Assembly: GCA_050331235.1 (NCBI GenBank)
Contig: JBHJHA010000008.1
Coordinates: 1-64,000 of the forward strand
DNA from: Leptolyngbyaceae cyanobacterium
GTDB taxonomy: Bacteria > Cyanobacteriota > Cyanobacteriia > Phormidesmidales > Phormidesmidaceae
Reading direction: 5' to 3'
DNA: 64,000 bases
Shown here: positions 41,480 through 51,878 of the stretch, piece by piece
How positions within the stretch are numbered: position 1 is the first letter of the stretch
How the letters are laid out: each line of letters starts with the position of its first letter
The notes under the pieces: model-generated
The model's database searches: none
What the model was told of the DNA's origin: nothing
The model's input: the letters and a program-made list of their open reading frames with translations, nothing else
Translations under genes and position numbers: made by a program

Positions 41480-41652
41480 TCAGAACGTGCTATCCTGTCA
41501 CAAATTGCGGAGGCAGTTATTTCCTCCCAGCTTTTGGTGTCTAGTATTATTTGGAACCTGATTCAACAGCTTCTTCACAGTTGTTGGGTTGTTCAGTTGA
41601 CTGCCAACATTGTTGTCTTAGTTTCTGACGTTGATTCTGAAAGTTTTAGGGT

Positions 41653-41829
41653 ATGACTCAAGTCGTTGTAGGTGAAAACGAAGGTATCGAATCGGCATTG
41701 CGACGCTTTAAGCGTCAAGTTTCCAAGGCGGGCATCTTTTCAGAGGTCAAGCGCCGCCGACATTTTGAAACACCCCAGGAAAAGCGTAAGCGGAAAGCTG
41801 TTGCTCGCCGGAAAAAGCGCTTCCGATAA
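41653..41829 (+). CDS. rpsU: 30S ribosomal protein S21 (58 aa, absent from ORF track)
   Basis: Hand translation [58 protein letters not shown]. Confidence 0.97.
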   Translation: MTQVVVGENEGIESALRRFKRQVSKAGIFSEVKRRRHFETPQEKRKRKAVARRKKRFR

Positions 41830-42238
41830 GTTGGATTGGCTATGTCAGGATTTGCTCTGACCCCGCCTGCAGGTGGAATGACCGTCGGTCTGACAACTCA
41901 ATATTGGGAATCAGCCGTTGAGGAATTTCCCTTGACGGCTTTTTGGCAACACTCACTGTTATGTTCGATGAAAATAGTGAATTACCAAGCATTTGATGGC
42001 TAGCTGGGGTGGGGAGAATATCCACGATAAATCAAGATTTACTGCTGTCAATCTTTGATACAGTGTCAGCGAGTCTAAGTCTAGGGCCTTGACTTGCGGC
42101 GCTTACGCCAGGCCATTGCTCGACCCGCATTGGTTGATGTCTAAATTCTCGCTTAGTTTTTCCTTAACGTTGCTGTCGGTAAAATGCGGTTTGCATCCTT
42201 CTATTACAGCTACGCCTGGTGGTCAGGTTAGCATCTGA

Positions 42239-44794
42239 TTGCGTCAACCTCCAGTTTGTATTGAGCAAGTGAGCCATTGCATGCGTCCAATCTTTTTTCC
42301 TTCTCTACATCAGTGGTCCAGGCCTTTTAGAATGGCACTGTATGCTTTGGTGGGAGCTGCTCTTGCCGTAGTCGTGTCGATCCAGCCGCTACCGGCCGCA
42401 GATGCCGTTTCCAATTATGATTTGGCTCAAGCCGCCCCGTTTAATCAGTTTGCTAGTTACCCTATCTCGCCGTTACCGTCAGCCCCAACTTATCGGCCTG
42501 TAGGGAACTGGGTAGGGCGGTTGATTTTGCCAGGCGAGTCAGAATATGCTGCCGATCAAGGCGACTGGGCTTGGTTTGAGGTGTGGCACGCGCCAGCGGC
42601 AACAGATTTGTTAGGCAAAAAAGTCAAGCTGACCTGGCAAGATTCTCCAGCGCTGCAAACTTATTTGGACAAAGTCACGCGTGATGTGGCGTTTTCGGAA
42701 AAGGCGGAGAAGTTTGGCGCTAACGGCAACATTGTACCGACTCGACTCGACGGCAGGCAGGTGGTTGGCCCCTTGCAGTCCCTCGCAGGGGCCAGGCCCA
42801 AAGACGACATTACGGTCAAGTTAGTTGGTAATCCAGCGTTGGCGGTTGAAGGGGCGCAGCCGGTTATCCGAGTCGCCTTAGAGCCAGTACAGGTTACCGG
42901 CCGCGAATACGGGCTAGTCAAAATTTTGGAGTCAGACACCAATGTTGCTGAGCCGTTGCCGGAGGAGTGTCCTGGCGAAGCGCCATGCCCCAGCGAGTAC
43001 TTTAAGGTACAGCATTTTGATGTCAAGACCCGAGACTTTGGTGGTGATATTGATACGATTCGCATTCCACAGCAGCCTAAGTTAAAGGGCGATCGCTTCT
43101 TTTCAAACATTGTTGACTTGGTGGACTCGCCGGCAGGCAGTGCCGGCTGGTATGTGTACGGGGCGCGGGATGCAGATGGTATGTTCACTGTCCAGGCGTT
43201 GCAACCGCGTCAGCTGATGCAGCTCGCCCCTGATCAGATCATTGTGGGCGATAAGGCGGGGCGCAATTACTTAGACCGCCAAAATTGGCGCCAGACCCCT
43301 GAACGTAAAGGAGAGGCCCAGCAAATCCTCGTTAGCCCCACAGCTAAAAGCGATACGGAAGCCTTGGAGCGTTGGCAGGTTGGAGACTATGCCCTAGTGA
43401 TTCATCTCTTTGGCGGTATCGGCGGTGAAAATAAGGAACTGACCCCTGCAGGCACGGTGACTGGTCACTTTGCCTACGGTTTAGCAGAAGTGGTGGAAGA
43501 ACCCATCGCCCAAGAGCTCCAGTTCAAAATCAATTATCAGCAAATCTATGCTCACAATTCCGGTGGGATTGTCTCAGGCACCCACGATTGGAGCTCTTAT
43601 GCTGGCGATATGCAGCGCGGTTGGATTGGGCAGCGCCCCTTTTCAGATATTGTGGTCAAGCTTGACTCCTTTATCGAAGACTTAGAGCTGGGGGAAACTC
43701 GGCTGTCATTGTTTCGAGAACTCCTGATTCAAACCCAGGTGATCGCAGCGCGCTATCGAACGGGGGATGGCGGTGGGGTCTCTACGGTGACGCCAGCTAC
43801 TTCGTGCGTGCAAGATTCTAATCAGGCTTTGTTTATTGCGATCGAACAGATTCGCTATCAGGCACAGCAAGATCCGGATCTGGCGGCTTATATCGCAGCC
43901 AACCCTGACGATCCTGACGTTCAAAAGGTGGAGGAGTTTGCTCAACTGGGCACTGATTTGCGCCAGGCGCTGAGCCCTTACGGTGTCATTCGTCCCGATT
44001 GGGAAAACAACTCTGAAGAGTTGGCAGGTGTGACTGCCAGGGGCAATGAATTAGCGACCCGCAGCGGGTTAATTGCGGGCATCTTTAGCTGGCGGACGAT
44101 GATGCCCCGATGGGGGCAGGATGACATTGCATTCATCTTTTTGGAAAATGGGGCGGACCTGTGGTTTCTTCGGCCCAATCAGATTGGAGGCTTTGACCCG
44201 GCGATTGAGCCAATTCCCCCTACGGCGCTATTTGGCTTAATTCCAGGGGTGTCGCGGGTTGCTCTCCGACTGGCGCGTAGCTTTGCCGTGCCAATTACGG
44301 CGTCTTTGGTGGGCTACACCATGTTGGCGCTGTTGGCGATCGCGGGGGTAGTGGTGCTCTATGGTCGCCAAAGCGGATTTCTCAATCAGCAATTAAAAGT
44401 TGATCATCCCGTCAAAGCGGTTTTCAACCTAGTCAGGCTCTTTTTCATTCCCTCACTACTAGAGGAACTGATCTTCCGGGTGGGGTTGTTGCCCCATCCG
44501 ACCGAGGGTGTGCCCACCGCTCGATGGCTGGCGTGGGCTGCCCTGAGCTTAGGGCTTTATATCCTCTGGCATGTGGCTTTTGGCCGGCTCCGCCCCCAGG
44601 CGGTTCATGCTCTCAGCGATCGCCGCTTTTTACTTATGGCGCTGTGGGTCGGCATTGTTTTGACGACGCTGTATGGCGTAGCGGGTTCATTGACGGCGGT
44701 TACGGTGGTTCACTGGTTAGTCGTTGTCTGCTGGCTATATGGTTTTGGTGGCCTTGACCAGATGCAAGGCACAGCGACGAATACCCAGGCCTAG
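42239..44794 (+). CDS. Large exported-domain protein with C-terminal CPBP (Abi/CAAX protease-like) domain
   Basis: C-terminal TM region with EELIFR, LYILWH, VVHWLVV; long N-terminal domain after a signal-like segment; true start likely 42281 or later. Confidence 0.8.
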   Translation: MRQPPVCIEQVSHCMRPIFFPSLHQWSRPFRMALYALVGAALAVVVSIQPLPAADAVSNYDLAQAAPFNQFASYPISPLPSAPTYRPVGNWVGRLILPGESEYAADQGDWAWFEVWHAPAATDLLGKKVKLTWQDSPALQTYLDKVTRDVAFSEKAEKFGANGNIVPTRLDGRQVVGPLQSLAGARPKDDITVKLVGNPALAVEGAQPVIRVALEPVQVTGREYGLVKILESDTNVAEPLPEECPGEAPCPSEYFKVQHFDVKTRDFGGDIDTIRIPQQPKLKGDRFFSNIVDLVDSPAGSAGWYVYGARDADGMFTVQALQPRQLMQLAPDQIIVGDKAGRNYLDRQNWRQTPERKGEAQQILVSPTAKSDTEALERWQVGDYALVIHLFGGIGGENKELTPAGTVTGHFAYGLAEVVEEPIAQELQFKINYQQIYAHNSGGIVSGTHDWSSYAGDMQRGWIGQRPFSDIVVKLDSFIEDLELGETRLSLFRELLIQTQVIAARYRTGDGGGVSTVTPATSCVQDSNQALFIAIEQIRYQAQQDPDLAAYIAANPDDPDVQKVEEFAQLGTDLRQALSPYGVIRPDWENNSEELAGVTARGNELATRSGLIAGIFSWRTMMPRWGQDDIAFIFLENGADLWFLRPNQIGGFDPAIEPIPPTALFGLIPGVSRVALRLARSFAVPITASLVGYTMLALLAIAGVVVLYGRQSGFLNQQLKVDHPVKAVFNLVRLFFIPSLLEELIFRVGLLPHPTEGVPTARWLAWAALSLGLYILWHVAFGRLRPQAVHALSDRRFLLMALWVGIVLTTLYGVAGSLTAVTVVHWLVVVCWLYGFGGLDQMQGTATNTQA

Positions 44795-44993
44795 CTTAGT
44801 TGCGCTTGAGCCTCTTGTGGATTGAGTTTGATGACGCCGTCCATCCTCTATGACCAAAGATAGAAAAGCTGTCGGGGGCAAAGTGTGAGGAGGCTAAACT
44901 CGACTGCAGCTTGCCATAGTGCCCACCACTTTTCCCTTGCTTGATGGGCGTTCAACGACCTCATATGATGTCCACTTGGCGGACGAGCTCAGT

Positions 44994-45293
44994 TTATGAC
45001 GGTTCGCAGCCCCAGGTCGGATAGGGCAAAATGGCGATTTCTCCCTCTTTCGGAAAGTTTGCTTCGGGGACATCAAAGGCCCCGTTTTGTAGCAGATGGT
45101 CGCGGAGAAATGATTCTGCTTCGCCGAGTGCTTTGAACGTAAAGTTAGCAGCGTATAGATAAGGGGCTAGGGCCTCTGGCTGGCGAGCGGATGGCAAAAC
45201 GGGTTCCCAAAGTCGCAGCTTGACCTGACCGGGCTGAGATTCCAGTCGATAGCAAATGGAGTGATCGTTGGCAACAGAAGACGCTACGGACAT
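44994..45293 (-). CDS. Hypothetical protein
   Basis: 99-aa ATG ORF filling the gap downstream of lnt; no recognised domain. Confidence 0.55.
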   Translation of the reverse strand: MSVASSVANDHSICYRLESQPGQVKLRLWEPVLPSARQPEALAPYLYAANFTFKALGEAESFLRDHLLQNGAFDVPEANFPKEGEIAILPYPTWGCEPS

Positions 45294-45599
45294 TTCACGA
45301 AGGAGATATCAAACACGGTAAACGGTATTGAGAAACTAGCGAGGGCCAACTTTGCCGATTTGACTAGTCCGCTAAGGGGCCAGCCTCAACTCGACTCGCA
45401 AAATTCAGCAAAAGTAACAGACTCGGTTTCTGGTAAATGGCACCCCCGTGATTCATCAAAGTCAATGCGCCGCTTGAGGACCACTCATGCCGGTCGCGCC
45501 CGATTTATGAACTCTTGATGAAGCCCTGATGTCGCTAATATAAACGCGACGAGCTGACAATGCCAATATCCCTCATGGTTTATTTTGATTTGAACCCTG

Positions 45600-47273
45600 C
45601 TAGCTAGCGTTTCTACGGAGGCTATGGCCGCTGATCAGTGCCGCGATCGCCAGAAGCCCGTAGGTGAGCCAATTTCCATATTTCACGTAAATAGTTTGGC
45701 TCTTGCGGCGATAAATTTGGGTCAAATAAGTTACGTACTCGTTCGGTTCAGAGAGCCAAAGGGTGTTGCCGTGTGGGTCAACCACGCCCGAGATGCCTGT
45801 ATTGGTTACTCGGAGCGCCCAGCGATCGCTCTCAACTGCCCGCAATACGTCCTGCGCATGGTGTTGGCGCATCATCCACGGCGGATAGGGATCAAGGTTG
45901 GAAGCCGTCATAATCCATTCGCTCCCCTGTGCTACCTGGCGGCGAAACAGCTCACTGTAGGGAGACTCGTAGCAAATGCCAACTGCGGCTGGCCCAAAGG
46001 AGGTCATGAAAATCTGGTCACCGCTGCCCGGCAGCAGGCTGCTGCTCACTGGCGACAGCCGCGAAATTACCCGCCCTAGCGTCGCCTCGAATGGGATGTA
46101 TTCCCCTAAAGGAACCAGCTTGACCTTGTCGTACTGGCTAGTTGTCTGCCCGGTGCCCTCAATATTAATAAGGCTTTGGGTCATCTGTCGGGCGGCTGGA
46201 TTACCAACCGGGCGAAACGTGCCCAGCCAGAGCACGACACCCTCTTCGCGAACGGCCCGAAGGAGTGGATTCCGACGCTGGCGTTCGCTCGTCCACAACT
46301 CAGGAATTGCCCCCTCCGGCGTCAGTATGGCTTCGGCCCCCTGCTGCACGAGCTGACGATAACCGTTGACATAGGCGGTTATGGCTTGCCGAGTGCCAGC
46401 TGGTGTGAGCTTTTCGCGGGTGGGAATATTGCCCTGAATGAGACCAACTTGTAACGCGGCATCAGGGCGATCGCCCAGCGGCTGTTGGTGGAGTATCCCA
46501 CCCAGGCCATGCAGACCCACTAATAGCAGCAGGCCTGCTAGGGCGATGGGCCGTCGGTAATGTCGCCACCACTGTCCCCCATTAGCCCCATTGATCATCT
46601 CGGCCCAGCAGCCGTTGACGGCCACAATCGCGCCGGTGATTGCCGCTGGCCCGGCCCACTGGCTTAAATGCAAAATCCAGGCGTTGCCGGGGCTTTGGGT
46701 CAAGGCTAAAAAAGGCCAGGCGAGTGGCCCCCAGCTTAATAGCGTTTCTAACCCACACCAGAGTGCGGTACCCCAAAGGATGCGGGCGCTACGGCCCAGC
46801 CCACAGCGATCGCTTACCCGTCGCAGCAGTACGGCCCACATTCCAAAAGTGACGGTGCCCAATCCCGTGATAAAGCCCCAGGCAAACAGCGCAATTCCTA
46901 AACTGGCTAACCAGGGGACGCCCATCCAGGTTAGGGGATGCAAGTAAGTAATCCAGGCAAGGACAATGCCGTGGTAAGCTGCACTCCACACTGCACCGAA
47001 GACAAAGAGTTGTTTCGTCGTGGGTGATCGCCCTGGGGCGATCACGGCTTGCCAGAGAGGCGCAAGAGCAAACCAAGCCAGCGGCCAAGCATGGCAGGGT
47101 TTAGGGGCGAGGCCCATGACAATGCCCCCTAGCAACACTGACCACAGGGGCGATCGCCCCTGGCCCCTGAAGCGCGTTCGCGGTGGAGAGTTCCTGATAT
47201 CGCCGCGGTTGTCCGTTGGATTAGTTGCCGCGGTCACTGACGGGCGAGGTTCGCCCTCAAACGGGCTACTCAT
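45600..47273 (-). CDS. lnt: Apolipoprotein N-acyltransferase
   Basis: N-terminal TMs; LIQGNIP, TPEGA, YDKVKLVPLGEYIP, GICYES (E-K-C triad), TNTGISGVVDPHG. Confidence 0.93.
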   Translation of the reverse strand: MSSPFEGEPRPSVTAATNPTDNRGDIRNSPPRTRFRGQGRSPLWSVLLGGIVMGLAPKPCHAWPLAWFALAPLWQAVIAPGRSPTTKQLFVFGAVWSAAYHGIVLAWITYLHPLTWMGVPWLASLGIALFAWGFITGLGTVTFGMWAVLLRRVSDRCGLGRSARILWGTALWCGLETLLSWGPLAWPFLALTQSPGNAWILHLSQWAGPAAITGAIVAVNGCWAEMINGANGGQWWRHYRRPIALAGLLLLVGLHGLGGILHQQPLGDRPDAALQVGLIQGNIPTREKLTPAGTRQAITAYVNGYRQLVQQGAEAILTPEGAIPELWTSERQRRNPLLRAVREEGVVLWLGTFRPVGNPAARQMTQSLINIEGTGQTTSQYDKVKLVPLGEYIPFEATLGRVISRLSPVSSSLLPGSGDQIFMTSFGPAAVGICYESPYSELFRRQVAQGSEWIMTASNLDPYPPWMMRQHHAQDVLRAVESDRWALRVTNTGISGVVDPHGNTLWLSEPNEYVTYLTQIYRRKSQTIYVKYGNWLTYGLLAIAALISGHSLRRNAS

Positions 47274-47384
47274 TGGCGCAATAGGATTTCATGGATTGGT
47301 GGTGGGGTTATCTTGTGCAGTATGGCATTTGTCTGGGGAGCAGGGCTGGCAGTCATTGCTCCAAAACTACGCCATGAGGGCAAC

Positions 47385-48206
47385 TCAAACTACTTTGGAC
47401 TCATCCACCAGTGTCAGACTGCTCCAGGTCCCCTGGGCATTATATTGTCGAATCAAGCGTTGCCGCCGGTGGGGTGACAGTAGCCAGCCAACTTCTAAGA
47501 TAATGGGCTGACGCGGTTCGATCGCGATGGGGCAGGTGGATGAAGCTCCCCCTGGTAACAGCAATACCTGTACCGCCTGGCTGCCACCCGTAAAGAGAAT
47601 CCGGCGATCGCCCACGACTTCTCGGGACTGCATCTGTGAGCCATGGCTTCCCAACTGTAGGGTTTGCTCGACGCGATCGCCCTGTTGCGCCACCTCTAAT
47701 CGAGTGGGATAGGTATCGTCAGGCCGTAGGTCTGGATAGGTTGTTGTGGCCGTCCCGACCCAGGTGCCCAGCAGGTCGGCAACCGTAGTCTGCGATCGCG
47801 CCACAGGAGTTGTCCCTGCCAAATGCTCGCGCATCAAAGTTAAGGAATGCAGCGCCCGGCTTTTATCAAAGCGCTGCACTAGGCGAAGGCGCTCATTATC
47901 GGCGATCAGGCCTAACTCAGCGCCAAATTCAGAAAACGGTCCCCACTGGATTGACCCCTGGGAGAAGGCCCCATTTTCTAAAAAGAGCACGCTTTTGGCG
48001 AGAGATCGGTACTCCAACACCGTTTCATCGGGGGTATCTCCGGACTGCTTGACAATGATCTGGCGCATCAAATTGCCGTCGTCAAGTGGGGTCAACGCTA
48101 CCACGGAGGGAATATCGGCTAGCAAACTGCCCGTCGGTGAAATCTGAGTAAAAGAGCCTTGCCACCGACCGGTATTTTTGAGCAGCCGTTCCCATTGAGA
48201 GGTCAT
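47385..48206 (-). CDS. DUF3598 family protein
   Basis: QWERLLKNTGRWQGSFT, GAFSQGS, LLLPGGASSTCP, LEVGWL, RQRLIRQY. Confidence 0.8.
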   Translation of the reverse strand: MTSQWERLLKNTGRWQGSFTQISPTGSLLADIPSVVALTPLDDGNLMRQIIVKQSGDTPDETVLEYRSLAKSVLFLENGAFSQGSIQWGPFSEFGAELGLIADNERLRLVQRFDKSRALHSLTLMREHLAGTTPVARSQTTVADLLGTWVGTATTTYPDLRPDDTYPTRLEVAQQGDRVEQTLQLGSHGSQMQSREVVGDRRILFTGGSQAVQVLLLPGGASSTCPIAIEPRQPIILEVGWLLSPHRRQRLIRQYNAQGTWSSLTLVDESKVV

Positions 48207-48369
48207 TACGCCATCACCTAACTGTTAGGGCTAGCATCCCATGTTAATTGCCTGTCTGACGCGGGAAAGAACACCGTTGGATTTTCTGACCAACATGGGA
48301 CTGATGCATCTGCAGGTGAATTTCTAAAACGGGGCTTTCTCATATGCTCAGCGGATGATGCGGGCGCGC

Positions 48370-49296
48370 TTAGTCGATGGTCACCACCGTGGCCCCTGTC
48401 GTGTTGATAGTGAGGGGTTGAGCGTCCACTACTTTGATGTCGGCGGCTTCCCAGGCGGCTTTCATCGCGAGGGCGATCGCGTCGGCTTGCCTGGAGGTGC
48501 CCAAGGCCAAGAGAGTGGGGCCAGCTCCGCTAATGGTGACCCCATAGGCCCCCGACTGATAAGCCGCCTGGGCCACGGCATCATAGCCCGGTATCAAGGT
48601 TTTGCGGTAAGGCTCATGGATGCGATCGCCAATGGCCGCCCGCAACCATGAGCCATTGCCAGCAGCCAAGGCCTGCAGTAGCAGTCCCAAATGACCAATC
48701 GTATAAACCGCGTCGGCTCGAGAATATTGCGCGGGCAAAACCTGCCGCGCCTCGGCCGTGGCGACTTCAAACGCTGGAACTACGATGATCGGAATGATCT
48801 CCGGTGCCCAATGCACTTCGCAAATCGTGGTCGCTCCGTCATCATTGACCGTAGCGAGCCGACAGCCACCCATCAACGCTGGCACTACGTTGTCAGGATG
48901 ACCCTCGATCTCCGTCGCGAGTTGAGCTAGTGCTGCCGTTTCCAGCGGTTCTCCAGCTAGTGCGTTGGCCCCCAAAAGGCCGCCTACAATGGCCGTGGAT
49001 GAGCTTCCCAAACCACGGGCCAGCGGCACGTCTAAATCAATACGCAAGTGTAAAGGAGGAACCGCTTTTCCCAGTCGTTTGAAAAACTCACAAAAGGCTA
49101 CATAAGCTAAGTTTGAACTGTCAGTCGCGACGCGATCTCGCTCCTCGCCCGTAACCTCTATTTGTAGACCAGCCTCTGCAGAGAGTGGTGAAAACGTAAA
49201 TTGGTTATGGCGCGACAAGGCCGCTCCTAAGCAATCAAATCCCGGTCCAATATTGGCCGTTGTCGCCGGCACAGAAACCCGAAATGCTGTCGCCAT
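48370..49296 (-). CDS. thrB: Homoserine kinase
   Basis: VPATTANIGPGFD, PLARGLGSSS, EGHPDNV, ISGAGPT. Confidence 0.96.
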   Translation of the reverse strand: MATAFRVSVPATTANIGPGFDCLGAALSRHNQFTFSPLSAEAGLQIEVTGEERDRVATDSSNLAYVAFCEFFKRLGKAVPPLHLRIDLDVPLARGLGSSSTAIVGGLLGANALAGEPLETAALAQLATEIEGHPDNVVPALMGGCRLATVNDDGATTICEVHWAPEIIPIIVVPAFEVATAEARQVLPAQYSRADAVYTIGHLGLLLQALAAGNGSWLRAAIGDRIHEPYRKTLIPGYDAVAQAAYQSGAYGVTISGAGPTLLALGTSRQADAIALAMKAAWEAADIKVVDAQPLTINTTGATVVTID

Positions 49297-49440
49297 ATAA
49301 ATTTCACTCGCTGCTAAAGTTCCGGCTGTCGCCGACGCACCGCATATTATCCCCCATCATTAAAGCCACGACGCATTTACTCCGCTGACTAATTGGGTCC
49401 GCTACACTAAAAGCGGTCGCTGGAGACGAGAAGGTTAACC

Positions 49441-49929
49441 ATGCAAAAAGCATTCTTTTCCATTGGGTTAATGACTTTAGGCGTCGCTCTTTTTAGCACT
49501 GTGGCGATCGCTGAAACCGAGACTGCTCCCCGATCGCAGATGGCCGAGTTATCGCTGCCAACTCTGGCGCAACCGCTCCCCGCAGCACCAACCGCTACCA
49601 CGCAGGCCCAAGCTGATGTGATTCCCGCAGGAAGTTTCACCGACCTATCGCCTAACCATTGGGCTTTTACGGCCGTGACCAATCTATCAGTAGACTACAA
49701 TTGCCTCGCGGGGTATCCCGATGGCACATTTCGTAGCGATGAACTTGTCACGCGCAATGAGTTTGCCGTTGCCCTAGAAGCCTGCCTTAACACTTTGGTA
49801 CAGCTTGTGGATGAGCAGCCGCAGTTTGACACAGAGCAGGTGCTTAACGACCTTGATGCTCTCAATCAAGAACTGGGGAGATTAAACGAGCAGCTGGATG
49901 GCTCGACATCAGAAGACCCGGCAAATTGA
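49441..49929 (+). CDS. Exported S-layer homology (SLH) domain protein
   Basis: Signal peptide; FTDLSPNHWAF...YNCLAGYPDGTFRSDELVTRNEFA then short coiled coil. Confidence 0.85.
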   Translation: MQKAFFSIGLMTLGVALFSTVAIAETETAPRSQMAELSLPTLAQPLPAAPTATTQAQADVIPAGSFTDLSPNHWAFTAVTNLSVDYNCLAGYPDGTFRSDELVTRNEFAVALEACLNTLVQLVDEQPQFDTEQVLNDLDALNQELGRLNEQLDGSTSEDPAN

Positions 49930-50017
49930 TTTAACCCCCACTCTTAACGACTCGTCTTGTGGGTGACCAGATTAGTTGAAGACATTCGGATCGTCCACCG
50001 TTCTGCAAATCGATGCT

Positions 50018-50875
50018 TCAAACACATTTTTGTTTGCGGTGGCTAGCGATATAAGTCATGCCGCAAATACCACCTAAAAAGACGAGACCCAACAAACCGG
50101 CTAGGGGATTGCCGCCGATGCCGGTGATCCACTCGGGGGCCGACGACGAGGGAGTGACTAAGTCATTGACATCAACCTGGTAGTAAGCAAAGACTAGCCC
50201 GCCATGCAGTCCTGATGCTGCGCCTAGAGTGGTCTGCCTGTCTACATTGTGAGGGATACGGCGTGCCCAAACTAAGGCGGCTCCCAGCAGCAGCAAGCCA
50301 GCAAACTGTGGCCATGTGGCCAAAATCTCGGATAAGGGGCGCAAGAAATGGGCGATCGCAAAAATCAGAGCATTGAGCCAAAGGGCAACCTCGGGACGAA
50401 AATCTTGTTCGAGCTCATAGAGCAACCAGCCGCGAAAGATGAGTTCCTCAACAAATCCGACCCCGACCCCAACCAGAAGCCCTTCTGCCCAAATCTGGCT
50501 GGACCAGCCGGTTGGCGAGTTCCAGAGTCCCCAACCTGCTAAGAGTTGCAGGCTATAGAGTAGAGTGACACCAACAGCACCTAGGCAAAAGGCGATCGCC
50601 CAGTCCTTCCACCAATATTGGGGCTGCCAAAGGCCTAAGACACGTCCAGCAGCGGTGCACTGGTGTACCCACCGCAGCCAATACCGTAGACAAATCGCAA
50701 ACCCTAGAAACAACAGGAGGGGAGCCCAAATCACTGTTTTGCCAGCCGTCGCGGCAAATTCTGCTCGATAGACTGGCCACACGACGGGTGACATTATCAA
50801 GATTACCGTCACCAGCAAGCTCACAATCCTGACGAATGCCGATCTACGGCGCATGAACTGCCCAAAGCGCTTCAA
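50018..50875 (-). CDS. CPBP family intramembrane glutamic endopeptidase
   Basis: EELIFRGWL, FAIAH, GLHGGLV; directly downstream of clpS. Confidence 0.88.
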   Translation of the reverse strand: MKRFGQFMRRRSAFVRIVSLLVTVILIMSPVVWPVYRAEFAATAGKTVIWAPLLLFLGFAICLRYWLRWVHQCTAAGRVLGLWQPQYWWKDWAIAFCLGAVGVTLLYSLQLLAGWGLWNSPTGWSSQIWAEGLLVGVGVGFVEELIFRGWLLYELEQDFRPEVALWLNALIFAIAHFLRPLSEILATWPQFAGLLLLGAALVWARRIPHNVDRQTTLGAASGLHGGLVFAYYQVDVNDLVTPSSSAPEWITGIGGNPLAGLLGLVFLGGICGMTYIASHRKQKCV

Positions 50876-50889
50876 TTTAACCAGGGCCT

Positions 50890-51180
50890 CTACTCTTCAG
50901 GCTCAATTGAACTGGTTAAGCCTCGCCCTTTCAAGCCTTCGCAGTAAAACTCAGCATGTTCTTGAGCACAGATGATGACAACAGCGACTTCGGCGACATG
51001 AGCCTGCATCATGATATTGACTGCTTGGGGCATCGACAAACTGGGAACCACCTTCATCAGGGACTCGACTACATACTCCATGGAGTTGAAGTCATCATTA
51101 TGCAGCAGCACCCGATAACGGGGTGCCGGTTTCCGTACTGTGGATGTGGAGCGACTTTCAATCGTTTCAACAGCCACCAT
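50890..51180 (-). CDS. clpS: ATP-dependent Clp protease adaptor ClpS
   Basis: PRYRVLLHNDDFNSMEYVV, AVNIMMQAH, EHAEFYCEGL; start at 51180 or 51177. Confidence 0.95.
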   Translation of the reverse strand: MVAVETIESRSTSTVRKPAPRYRVLLHNDDFNSMEYVVESLMKVVPSLSMPQAVNIMMQAHVAEVAVVIICAQEHAEFYCEGLKGRGLTSSIEPEE

Positions 51181-51459
51181 AAGCGCCTCGGAGTAATGAA
51201 TCAGTAGTAAATACAATTGTCGGGCTTGCTTAAAATCTGGAGCAGCCGACCCCTATGCCCAGCCCTTGCTAGGGGTGTCATTTGGCCAAACTGTCAAAAG
51301 CCCAAACATTTAAATCTTAGTGGAGAAACCCTAAGGTGACAAAAAATTGCTTAGCCACCAAAAAATCGACTTTGCGTAGCATGGAGTTGGAGGTTCCGCG
51401 TCGGAGCCACCAAAGTTTTTGTAGACTCATGGAACAGGAATAGCCAAACTATCGAAAGG

Positions 51460-51792
51460 ATGAGCACTGCCGCCTATCAAATTGTCTGTATTACCAGTCA
51501 CGACGCTCGCCTGTATGGAGAATTAGTGCAGCGGGTCGCTGATCGTCAGATCTGCTGGATTAGACCCCTTGTTTTACAACCACGATTGAAAAGTTCTGAC
51601 GGCTCTACTTTGCTAGACGTCCATAACGGACCAGATATCATTTGTGCAGATCATTTGCCAACTCCAGTCATCGATACCGATTGGATACAGCTGCTTGCTG
51701 TAATGGCAGAGCAAACATCGGCGTGTAACTTTCCTGAAGCTAATCAACAGTTGAAAGGTTTTCTCGAATGCTTGTTTGATAAGCGGCGCTGA
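51460..51792 (+). CDS. Hypothetical protein (conserved cyanobacterial type)
   Basis: ATG ORF with QIVCI...LYGELVQ...CWIRPL pattern. Confidence 0.7.
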   Translation: MSTAAYQIVCITSHDARLYGELVQRVADRQICWIRPLVLQPRLKSSDGSTLLDVHNGPDIICADHLPTPVIDTDWIQLLAVMAEQTSACNFPEANQQLKGFLECLFDKRR

Positions 51793-51878
51793 TCCAAAAA
51801 ATAGCCAGTTGCGATCGCAACTGGCCAGGCAAACAGAGTCGAAGAGTTACTTTTCTGATGAATTTTGGGGCAAAGGTC

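Noticed and set aside
41672..41860. ORF-track 62-aa ORF
   Set aside because: Alternative frame overlapping the real rpsU (41653..41829)
42239..50875. Two Abi/CPBP genes as an anti-phage system
   Set aside because: CPBP proteins are membrane proteases or related enzymes; context is housekeeping with no defence genes
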